This document shows positions 10,867-19,318 of a DNA stretch of 64,000 nt, piece by piece. Origin of the DNA: Ignavibacteria bacterium (lineage in GTDB: Bacteria; Bacteroidota; Ignavibacteria; Kapaibacteriales; Kapaibacteriaceae); NCBI GenBank assembly GCA_013204605.1, contig JABMNI010000014.1, positions 55,151-119,150 of the forward strand, in the 5' to 3' direction. Numbering within the stretch: position 1 is the stretch's first letter; every line of letters starts with the position of its first letter. The position numbers were made by a program, and so were the translations under genes. Under the pieces are notes generated by a model. That model made no database searches. It saw only the letters and a program-made list of their open reading frames with translations, and had not been told where the DNA came from.

Positions 10867-10913
10867 CTTTGCACCGTAATAAGCTCGTTATTTTGCCACC
10901 TACAAGCACTTGG

Positions 10914-12650
10914 ATGTCCAAATTGAAATTGATGAATAGACTGCTGGTTCTTTCGTGCTGCCTATATCTCTGCATACAACCAGCCATGGGGCAGGCTGGA
11001 GGAGGGTCGATCGACCTTGAAAAGCTGATGGCCAAACAGAGTTCCGGAACAGCCCAATTGCTCACGGCCGAGCAAATGCCCTTGGATAATCAGGTGGATC
11101 CAGACATATATAAAGTAGGCCCAGGTGATGTGATAGCCTATGTTACAACGGGAATCGAATTCGCCGAAAAACTCACCGCAATAACGGCCGAAGGGAGTTT
11201 GATATTAGAACGCTTTGGAATATTAGATGTGAAGGGGCTCACCCTTACTGAAGTAAAACAACTTATCAGTGAAAAAATGGCTGCAAGGTCTGCAGGTGTT
11301 GAGGTGTTTTTAACGCTCCGCCGGCCCAGATTGGTTTATGTAACGCTGCAGGGCAATGTGCCATTTCCGGGAACGTATGCAGTTCCAGCTTCGATGCGCG
11401 TGTCATCTTTCATTACGTTGAGTAGGCAGCCATGGTTGTTGCGCCGCGATGGTGGAGTTGCAGAGCAAATACGTAGCGTAGGCGGCATTGTGGCTTCGTC
11501 GAAAATTGCACAACTTTCGCGAAACATCAGTACAGGCTTAAGCGCCTATGCGCAACGAAACATTGTGATACGGCGGCGTGAGGGTGTTTCCTTAGTAGAT
11601 CTGCCTAAATCTGAAGTTGAAGGGTTTTCAAGCCTCGACCCACATTTGCGCGAGGGTGACCTGATTAACGTTCCATTCGATGCTGCCGTTCCGCAAGTAG
11701 TTTCGATTAGCGGTGCTGTTACATTTCCAACTTCTTTGGCGTTCAAATCTGGTGATCGAGCTTCTTTATTGCTCTCTGCGGCAGGTAGCGCAAGCTCGGA
11801 TGCTGACTTGGAGAAAATTGTATTGGTGCAAAGTAAGGGCGATGGGAAAAGCACGATAAAGGTTGACGCTAAATTTCGAATAATAGGCGAAGATCCTTTG
11901 TTAGAACCAGGCAGCAGTATTGTTGTAGAACGAAAAGTAATCGCAGGGGGCATCTCCACCCAAGGCATTGTGGAAGTGTATGGCGAAGTTGTAAATCCGG
12001 GAAGCGTAGTAATCGTGCCTGGAACCACTCGATTGAGTGATGTTGTTGAACTGTCGGGCGGCATCACCCAGAATGCTGCTACCTCCTTAGCGTATGTTGT
12101 TCGGCCCGATCGCGTTTCGTATACGCACAGAGAAGAACGCGAGGATGCGATGCGAAAATTTATGTACAGTGATCTTCGCTTGGATGACACAACCCGATTT
12201 CATCTGGATCAAAATTATAGACTTCCTTACGTATCGAGTGATTTCACCCACGCGTTACAAAACAAATCCAGTTCTGACAATGTGGTATTGCAGAATGGCG
12301 ATGTTGTAGTAGTTCCCAAAATGCCGGATAGAGTATATGTATACGGTCAGGTGACAAATCCTGGATACGTGGGTTTTGAAAAAGGAAAGAATTTAGACTG
12401 GTATGTGAACAGAGTAGGTGGTTATGCTACGGGGGCTAAATCAGGACGCGCCAGGATTATAAAGGGGAAAACAAAGGTATGGGTAGAGGACGATTCAGGC
12501 GTTTTTGTTGAACCTGGTGACGAAGTGTATGTACCACGTGCTCCAGACTATCCGGCTGGTGTGGAATTGCAAACTTGGTCTGTAATAGCCGGTATGGTTT
12601 CGAGTTTAGCTGCAATTACGGCAACGATAATCGTGTTGTTCAGGAAATAA
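10914..12650 (+). CDS. Polysaccharide export protein (Wza-like, Poly_export + SLBB domains)
   Basis: ORF 10809..12650. I prefer ATG 10914 (MSKLKLMNRLLVLSCCL, signal peptide). Has the YKVGPGDVI motif. C-terminal TM helix VIAGMVSSLAAITATIIVLF. Confidence 0.7.
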   Translation: MSKLKLMNRLLVLSCCLYLCIQPAMGQAGGGSIDLEKLMAKQSSGTAQLLTAEQMPLDNQVDPDIYKVGPGDVIAYVTTGIEFAEKLTAITAEGSLILERFGILDVKGLTLTEVKQLISEKMAARSAGVEVFLTLRRPRLVYVTLQGNVPFPGTYAVPASMRVSSFITLSRQPWLLRRDGGVAEQIRSVGGIVASSKIAQLSRNISTGLSAYAQRNIVIRRREGVSLVDLPKSEVEGFSSLDPHLREGDLINVPFDAAVPQVVSISGAVTFPTSLAFKSGDRASLLLSAAGSASSDADLEKIVLVQSKGDGKSTIKVDAKFRIIGEDPLLEPGSSIVVERKVIAGGISTQGIVEVYGEVVNPGSVVIVPGTTRLSDVVELSGGITQNAATSLAYVVRPDRVSYTHREEREDAMRKFMYSDLRLDDTTRFHLDQNYRLPYVSSDFTHALQNKSSSDNVVLQNGDVVVVPKMPDRVYVYGQVTNPGYVGFEKGKNLDWYVNRVGGYATGAKSGRARIIKGKTKVWVEDDSGVFVEPGDEVYVPRAPDYPAGVELQTWSVIAGMVSSLAAITATIIVLFRK

Positions 12651-12695
12651 GATTTACGTCAATCCACGTTAACAACCAGTAAGTAGAAAGTTCGA

Positions 12696-14150
12696 GTGAA
12701 CGAAAACAAGAATGAAACCGCTTCGAGGGTTATCAAGGGCGGTATTGCCATCTTGTTTGTTCAAGCTTGCACTATAGTTCTGTACTTTTTGTCACAAAGA
12801 ATTATACTTTCTTTTTTGACCAAAGAAGAAAACGGTTTTTTGTTTGCTGAACGAAGAATGGTAGATCTGCTTCTTGTTGTAATCGTCGATTTTGGTTTAA
12901 ATGGTATTGTTCTTCGTAAAATAATTCAAGAACCAGAGCGAACAGGCGTGCTACTATCATCGTTGGTTGCATTCAGATTTGTTATGTGGTTGTTTGGTAC
13001 AGCTCTCTGTGTTTCGATTGCCATTCCAATGGGTCAGAACGTAATGGATATTGCAATGTGGTGCTTGTTCTTGTTATTAACCACACGTTCTGGTTTAATG
13101 AGATATGCACTTGAACTTCCATATCGAGCCAAGGTCCAACTTAAAACGATAGGTGCCATTGCTCTGTTAGATCCAGTTGTTTTTTTCTTCCTGGTGTTTC
13201 TTTACAGGAATGATTTGTCACCTTCCATGGTAATACTACTGTTCATGCTTTCGGCAATTCCAGGATTTGTGATGATGGTACTGTTGGACAAGGGTAGATT
13301 GGTTAGAATCAAGAATGTTGAATTCGCAGAAATCAAGAGAATTCTGGTGGCCGCTCTTCCGATTCTTGCTTCAATAATTTTGATAAACCTTCATGACAAA
13401 ATCGACGCCATGTTGCTCGATTGGTTGACCAATCCAACGCAGGTTGGAATATTTGGTGCGGCGTACACAACACTTAGCCCCATAACCGGAACAATACCCT
13501 TGGCATTGTCAGCCGCCGTGGTCCCCATTGTAGCACGCCTAGTGATTCCTAATCCGGAAGAGGGGAAGAAGTATGTTTGGACTGCGGTAAGGCTTCTCAT
13601 TGCGGTTTCTGTGAGCATTTGCGCCGTGGCTAGTTTGGCTACACCTGTTATTGTTGAATTGATATCACAAGGACGGTACAGCGACAATATTTCACAATTC
13701 TTTGTCTTCCTTTGGATGCCGATTCCGATCTTCCTCGTAGTGTTCATCCAGGAACTTATTATCGTTTACAATCAACAAAAACTTAGTATTCCCATCTCAG
13801 CAACACTTGCGGTGGTGGTGATTATTGCCGGATTAATCCTCATACCCATGTATGGAGCGATGGGCGCAATAATTGCTAAGTTTTTGTCGGTGTCTCTGGC
13901 ATCTATTCTTGCCATTTATTACCTACACAAGATTCTAGCAGATAAAGCAAAGGTTGGTTTGATCGTTCGCGCATTAATTTTGATAGCTTTTGGAGTTAGC
14001 GCATCACTTGTTTTACCAATGATATTCTCTATACCGGTAGCGATTATCATATGCGCGATTGCAGTATTCGGAGCCTGCTTTGCATTTGGGATGATACGCG
14101 TATCAGATATTAGACTCATTACATCCGTGTTGAATCGAAAGAAAAGTTAA
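12696..14150 (+). CDS. Polysaccharide/O-antigen flippase (Wzx-like, MOP/PST family)
   Basis: 484 aa, highly hydrophobic with ~12-14 predicted TM segments. GTG start. Located inside the polysaccharide locus. Confidence 0.65.
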   Translation: MNENKNETASRVIKGGIAILFVQACTIVLYFLSQRIILSFLTKEENGFLFAERRMVDLLLVVIVDFGLNGIVLRKIIQEPERTGVLLSSLVAFRFVMWLFGTALCVSIAIPMGQNVMDIAMWCLFLLLTTRSGLMRYALELPYRAKVQLKTIGAIALLDPVVFFFLVFLYRNDLSPSMVILLFMLSAIPGFVMMVLLDKGRLVRIKNVEFAEIKRILVAALPILASIILINLHDKIDAMLLDWLTNPTQVGIFGAAYTTLSPITGTIPLALSAAVVPIVARLVIPNPEEGKKYVWTAVRLLIAVSVSICAVASLATPVIVELISQGRYSDNISQFFVFLWMPIPIFLVVFIQELIIVYNQQKLSIPISATLAVVVIIAGLILIPMYGAMGAIIAKFLSVSLASILAIYYLHKILADKAKVGLIVRALILIAFGVSASLVLPMIFSIPVAIIICAIAVFGACFAFGMIRVSDIRLITSVLNRKKS

Positions 14151-14151
14151 C

Positions 14152-15633
14152 GTGATTTTGGAAAGTACAGAGCAAAAATCTGAACAGAGTTCGCTACCAG
14201 AAACTATCCGTAGTAATGGTTCCAATTCATGGTGGGCGGAACCGCGGTGGGTTCAGTTATTGTCGGATGTATTTGCTTTAACAATGAGTTTTTTTCTGTA
14301 CCAACTGGTTCGGCAATGGGTGATTGTTGATGCAACTTTTACTAGATACTCGGCTGCAGATGTTACGTTAGTGTGTATTGTTACTTGTAGCTACTGGGTG
14401 CTGGTATTGTGGTTTGGTGGCCTATATAAAAACTACTACGCCCGAAGTCCGTTCGAGGAATTCTTCGCCGTATTACGATACACATTTTTCGGTTCGGCGT
14501 TGTTTTTCGTATTCATTTTTCTTTCTAGCAGCGAGCAGTTTCAACGAAGTCCGCGGTTCATATTTTTTGTGTACTGGATTATAACGGCTGTACTAATGGT
14601 TTGCGGTCGATATGTAGCCCGACGTATTCAGCGATATATGCGAGAAAAAGGTATTGTTCGGGTTCCGACCATCCTTCTTGGCACTGCGTCGAGGGTTGGC
14701 GAATTATTCAAGTATGCTGTTGAGGAAAAAGTATGGGGCTATCTGGTTGTTGGCGGAGTAATTGTAAACAGGGAAAACGAAATGTTTTCGCCCCCTTCAA
14801 GAATGAAGTTATTGGGAGACTCGAGTTCTTTGATTAAGATACTGGAGTTGTATCGACCCAAAGAAGTATTGATATCCGTTGCCAATGTAAACCACTCGGA
14901 GCTTTTACAAATCACAACTCGATGTATCGATTCGGGTGCGCGCGTAAAAATTGTGCCTGATTTGTATGAGATTTTTAGTGGACAAGCTCGGACTCAACAA
15001 ATACACGGAACGCCGCTGATTGAAGTCAGTCCTGAGTTGATGCAACCTTGGGAGATATTTGTAAAGCGATTCTTGGACATTACCATTAGCGTAATAGTTT
15101 TGTTGGGGGGACTTCCAGTTTGGTTGCTTACCGCGCTAGTCGTTAAACTTTCTTCAAACGGACCGGTGTTTTTCATACAGCAAAGAGTTGGCCGTAATGG
15201 TGTTGTCTTTCCAATGTACAAGTACCGATCTATGGTTACCGACAGAGATCGGGAGCCATCTTGGACATCAAGAAACGATCCACGGGTAACTCCGCTTGGA
15301 AGATTCTTGCGCAAGTCACACCTAGATGAAATTCCTCAGCTGTTGAATGTTCTGTATGGACAAATGAGTTTGGTCGGACCCCGACCCGAAGTTCCGCATT
15401 TTGTAAACAAGTACTCTGCCATTTTACCGTATTATAAACGCAGGTTAAAAGTGCGTCCGGGAATTACCGGATGGTGGCAAGTAAAATCAAAGTCGAACGA
15501 TGAATCACTCGAAGAAATCGAACAACGATTGCGTTATGATTTCTTTTACATAGAAAACATCTCCTTTAAGCTTGATTTGGAGATACTGGTTCGCACTATT
15601 TTTGTAATGATGAAAGGACATGGAAAAGCTTGA
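14152..15633 (+). CDS. Polyprenyl-phosphate phosphoglycosyl transferase (WbaP-type bacterial sugar transferase)
   Basis: N-terminal TM helices plus a CoA-binding-like region. Intact C-terminal catalytic domain: KRFLDITISVIVLL..GPVFFIQQRVGRNGVVFPMYKYRSM..LRKSHLDEIPQLLNVLYGQMSLVGPRPE..VRPGITGWWQV. Confidence 0.85.
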   Translation: MILESTEQKSEQSSLPETIRSNGSNSWWAEPRWVQLLSDVFALTMSFFLYQLVRQWVIVDATFTRYSAADVTLVCIVTCSYWVLVLWFGGLYKNYYARSPFEEFFAVLRYTFFGSALFFVFIFLSSSEQFQRSPRFIFFVYWIITAVLMVCGRYVARRIQRYMREKGIVRVPTILLGTASRVGELFKYAVEEKVWGYLVVGGVIVNRENEMFSPPSRMKLLGDSSSLIKILELYRPKEVLISVANVNHSELLQITTRCIDSGARVKIVPDLYEIFSGQARTQQIHGTPLIEVSPELMQPWEIFVKRFLDITISVIVLLGGLPVWLLTALVVKLSSNGPVFFIQQRVGRNGVVFPMYKYRSMVTDRDREPSWTSRNDPRVTPLGRFLRKSHLDEIPQLLNVLYGQMSLVGPRPEVPHFVNKYSAILPYYKRRLKVRPGITGWWQVKSKSNDESLEEIEQRLRYDFFYIENISFKLDLEILVRTIFVMMKGHGKA

Positions 15634-16349
15634 AGCGGATAGTTTGTATACCCACGTATAATGAAATCGAAAACATCGAGCGGATGATTAGTGCTGTGCA
15701 CAGCGTACTTCCAGAAGCTCACATACTAGTAATTGATGACGGCTCACCCGATGGTACTTCCGATTGTGTAAAGGGGCTTTCTGTTGGCGACGATCGCCTT
15801 CATTTGATAGTCCGAGCAGGTAAATTGGGGTTGGGAACTGCCTATTGCGCTGGCTTTGCGTACGCTTTGGAACGCGGGTACGAAGAGATCTATCAGATGG
15901 ATGCTGATTTCTCTCATGATCCTAACGACCTCAAGCGATTTGCTGAGGCAATTCTTGATGCCGACCTTGTAATTGGATCGAGATACGTTTCGGGAGTGAA
16001 CGTTATAAACTGGCCGATGAGCAGACTACTATTAAGTTGGTTTGCTAATCTGTACACCCGAGTAATAACCGGTATGCCCGTTGCCGATGCGACTGGCGGA
16101 TTTAAGTGTTTCCGAGCTCAGGTGCTACAGAAAATTGATCTTTCCTCTATTAAATCTAACGGTTACGCATTTCAAATTGAAATGAACTACAAGGCTTGGA
16201 GAAGTTTAGCGCGGGTAAAAGAGATTCCGATCATCTTCACTGATAGAGTTAGCGGAGTCTCAAAAATGAGCAAGAATATTGTTTATGAGGCGGCTTTTTT
16301 AGTATGGAAGCTTAAACTGATGACATTGTTTTCATTTGGAAAGAAGTGA
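15630..16349 (+). CDS. GT2 glycosyltransferase, polyprenol-phosphate mannose/glucose synthase-like (Dpm1/GtrB-like)
   Basis: VCIPTYNEIENI...VIDDGSPDGT...DADFSHDP; soluble GT2 fold. TTG start that overlaps the stop of the previous gene. Confidence 0.75.
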   Translation: MKRIVCIPTYNEIENIERMISAVHSVLPEAHILVIDDGSPDGTSDCVKGLSVGDDRLHLIVRAGKLGLGTAYCAGFAYALERGYEEIYQMDADFSHDPNDLKRFAEAILDADLVIGSRYVSGVNVINWPMSRLLLSWFANLYTRVITGMPVADATGGFKCFRAQVLQKIDLSSIKSNGYAFQIEMNYKAWRSLARVKEIPIIFTDRVSGVSKMSKNIVYEAAFLVWKLKLMTLFSFGKK

Positions 16350-16371
16350 GTTGACGAACTCAGATTTGAAT

Positions 16372-18330
16372 ATGTCTGAAGTTGGTAACATTGATGTTAG
16401 CATCGTTATCGTCAACTACAATGTGAAAGACTACTTGCTGCAATGCTTGAAGTCGATTTACGCGCATAAAACAAACTTGATAATTCAGACTATTGTTGTT
16501 GACAACGCCTCAACTGATAATTCTGTAGCGGAGCTTCGTGGTTTATTCCCCAACGTTGTTTGGGTCGCGTTAGATGAGAACGTGGGTTTTGGAAGAGGGA
16601 ATAACGTTGGACTTGAGTTGTGCCGCGGCAAATACACGCTGTACTTAAACCCCGATACTGTGCTGGGTCAGGATACTCTAGACAGGATGAAAATATATCT
16701 CGATCAAAATCCTGATGTTGGATTAGCCGGATGCAAGGTGTTAAATGCCGATGGTACATTTCAAATTGCCTGTAGGCGTGGGTTCCCAACACCGTGGGCA
16801 TCTTTCTGCAAGCTGTTTGGTTTGCAAGCACTTTGGCCCTCGTCGAAGTTGTTTGCGGGGTACAATCTCACGTATCTGCCTATAAATGCTACGTATAACG
16901 TCGACGCATTAATCGGTGCGTTCATGATGGGTCCAACGGACTTGCTTGTCAACCTAGGCGGCTTCGATCCGGACTTCTTCATGTACGGTGAAGACCTCGA
17001 CCTTTGCAAACGTGTTCAGTTAGCCGGCCGAAGAGTAGTGTACAATCACTCAACAAGTATTGTGCACTACAAGGGCGAGAGTACAAAGCGAAGCGCTATC
17101 AATGAGAATAAAGTGTTTTATCTGGCCATGGAATTGTTTGCGCACAAGCACTTTGGCAGTTCGCGGATGTTTCTATTATTTTTACGAACGGGAATTCGAA
17201 CTCGAGGGCTAATTGAAAAATTGCTCTCCAAGAAATCTGATATTGGTTTACTATTCCTTGATCTCGTTTTGATAAACATAGCGTTGTTATGCGCTACCAC
17301 TTTGAAATTCGATTCCCCATTTGGTTTTCCTGCCTACGCATATCCTCTAGTTTTTGTAGTTATATCCTTGGTAGCAGGTTTTTCACTTATTTCTGTGGGA
17401 GAGTATGTCGAGTACAAACCAACAATTAGGCGAAGTTCAGTAGCCATGCTACTGTTGTTTTTCTTCCTATCGTCTTGCACGTACTTTTTCAAGGAGTACG
17501 CTTTTTCAAGAGGTGTTCTACTTATGACAATTGGGTTTTCGACATTCCTATTGGCATTGGCAAGGGGCTTGGTGGTTCTCTACGATACAACAAAGGGACC
17601 ACAAAAAGATCGCCGAATAGTTTTCATCGGTCTCAACCAACACACGCAACAAATAATGCAAGCTCTCCAAACCGCAAAACACAGGCATGCTACAATTGTA
17701 GGAGTAGTTGCGGTTGATAAATATGAGCTCGACACTTTTAGCGGAATTCCTGTACTTGGTACAACGGAGTACTTGGCTAGAATACTCTCAAGTGCGCAGG
17801 CCGACGAAGTAGTGTTAACAGATCAGAACGTCGGTCATAACAAGGCAATGGAACTAATGATGCAGTGTGCCTCGCTTCACGTGAGGTTTCATTTGGCCTC
17901 AGACTACGATGATGTTGTCACCGCTCGAATCATTAATGACGTGGCTGACGTGGAACCAACGGTGGCTACTTCTCCGTTAGTATTTTTCAGGAATAGGGTA
18001 GTTAAGAGATCCATAGACTTGCTGGTTGCTATATTTGTTTTGCCTTTCAAAGCGATCGCGGTATTTTTGAGTAGAGACGAACGAGAAGTTGGCATTAGGG
18101 TTTGGATAGAAGTGGCAAGGGGAGAGCGTAGTTTGATTGGTCTCTACCCGGATAACCGATCTCGCACCACGGGTAAACCTGGTATCACGGGTCTTGCACA
18201 TATAAGTAATCCGTCTGCACTTTCTCAGCAAGCAATTGCACAATTGAATGATTTTTATGTCGATCGTTATTCATTAGCTCTCGATATTGAAATCTTGTTA
18301 AAACACTTTCTGAATAAAAATCGTGGCTAG
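16372..18330 (+). CDS. Fusion protein: N-terminal GT2 glycosyltransferase plus a C-terminal WbaP-like membrane module with a degenerate phosphoglycosyl-transferase domain
   Basis: The ORF track starts at TTG 16336. I prefer ATG 16372 ([17 protein letters not shown]). GT2 motifs: [16 protein letters not shown]. Then 4 TM helices and a CoA-binding-like block ([14 protein letters not shown]...VVLTDQ). The last ~110 aa keep the PGT flanks ([15 protein letters not shown]..., [10 protein letters not shown], [21 protein letters not shown]) but lack the DE(I/L)PQ and PRP catalytic motifs. Confidence 0.6.
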   Translation: MSEVGNIDVSIVIVNYNVKDYLLQCLKSIYAHKTNLIIQTIVVDNASTDNSVAELRGLFPNVVWVALDENVGFGRGNNVGLELCRGKYTLYLNPDTVLGQDTLDRMKIYLDQNPDVGLAGCKVLNADGTFQIACRRGFPTPWASFCKLFGLQALWPSSKLFAGYNLTYLPINATYNVDALIGAFMMGPTDLLVNLGGFDPDFFMYGEDLDLCKRVQLAGRRVVYNHSTSIVHYKGESTKRSAINENKVFYLAMELFAHKHFGSSRMFLLFLRTGIRTRGLIEKLLSKKSDIGLLFLDLVLINIALLCATTLKFDSPFGFPAYAYPLVFVVISLVAGFSLISVGEYVEYKPTIRRSSVAMLLLFFFLSSCTYFFKEYAFSRGVLLMTIGFSTFLLALARGLVVLYDTTKGPQKDRRIVFIGLNQHTQQIMQALQTAKHRHATIVGVVAVDKYELDTFSGIPVLGTTEYLARILSSAQADEVVLTDQNVGHNKAMELMMQCASLHVRFHLASDYDDVVTARIINDVADVEPTVATSPLVFFRNRVVKRSIDLLVAIFVLPFKAIAVFLSRDEREVGIRVWIEVARGERSLIGLYPDNRSRTTGKPGITGLAHISNPSALSQQAIAQLNDFYVDRYSLALDIEILLKHFLNKNRG

Positions 18331-19276
18331 TACTATTACATTAGAATTCGAAAAACCAATAGTTGAGCTTGAAAAAAAGATCCTTGAGATGCGATCTTTT
18401 TCCGACACCCTGGATATTGAGCCGCAGATAATTGAGTTGGAAGCTCAAGTTGAGCGTTTACGTGAAGAAATCTACCGGGATCTTACAAGGTGGCAAAGGG
18501 TTCAAATTGCCCGGCATCCGGACAGGCCGTATACTTTAGATTATGCCACACATTGCTTTGAAGGATTTGTGGAGCTACATGGCGACAGAAACTTTCGGGA
18601 CGATCCGGCAATAGTTGGAGGAACGGCATTGCTCGGGGGTAAACCAGTAATGGTAATCGGCCATCAAAAAGGCCGAGATACTAAAACAAATCTTTATAGA
18701 AATTTCGGAATGCCAAACCCGGAAGGGTATAGAAAAGCGCATAGGTTGCTTTCCCTTGCTGAAAAATTTAACATGCCCGTCGTCTGTTTTTTAGACACAC
18801 CGGGAGCGTACCCAGGTTTAGAAGCCGAGGAACGAGGTCAAGCTGAAGCCATTGCAAAAAATTTACTTCTCATGTCCCAACTTAAAGTGCCAATTGTAAT
18901 AATGGTAATTGGAGAAGGGGCTTCCGGGGGAGCGTTAGGAATAGGTATCGGCGACAGAGTACTAATGCTAGAAAATTCTTGGTATTCAGTTATTGCCCCA
19001 GAGTCTTGTTCCTCTATTTTGTGGCGTAGTTGGGAGTACAAAGAGCAAGCAGCAGAGGCGTTGAAGCTAACGGCCCCAGATCTTTTAGAGGTTGGAGTAA
19101 TAGACAGGATTGTGGCTGAGCCCGTTGGAGGCGCTCATCGAAATCCACAGAATATGTTCGACTCAGTGCAGAAAATCCTTTCGGAAGAAATCGAAGTATT
19201 ACAGAAAATCAACTCAACAACATTGGTCAACACCAGACGCAATAAGTTCTATGCAATGGGTGTTTGGACTGAGTAA
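18323..19276 (+). CDS. accA: Acetyl-CoA carboxylase carboxyltransferase alpha subunit
   Basis: Near full-length match to the AccA pattern: ...[12 protein letters not shown]...[10 protein letters not shown]...[23 protein letters not shown]...[17 protein letters not shown] start. Confidence 0.9.
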   Translation: MASTITLEFEKPIVELEKKILEMRSFSDTLDIEPQIIELEAQVERLREEIYRDLTRWQRVQIARHPDRPYTLDYATHCFEGFVELHGDRNFRDDPAIVGGTALLGGKPVMVIGHQKGRDTKTNLYRNFGMPNPEGYRKAHRLLSLAEKFNMPVVCFLDTPGAYPGLEAEERGQAEAIAKNLLLMSQLKVPIVIMVIGEGASGGALGIGIGDRVLMLENSWYSVIAPESCSSILWRSWEYKEQAAEALKLTAPDLLEVGVIDRIVAEPVGGAHRNPQNMFDSVQKILSEEIEVLQKINSTTLVNTRRNKFYAMGVWTE

Positions 19277-19318
19277 ATTCAATCACCATTACGTTCGTGA
19301 TATTTTAACTTGTAGGTA

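Noticed and set aside
11546-12190. 214-aa minus-strand ORF inside the Wza-like gene
   Set aside because: It is antisense to a motif-supported CDS. Its Ser/Thr/Pro-rich composition mirrors the sense strand.
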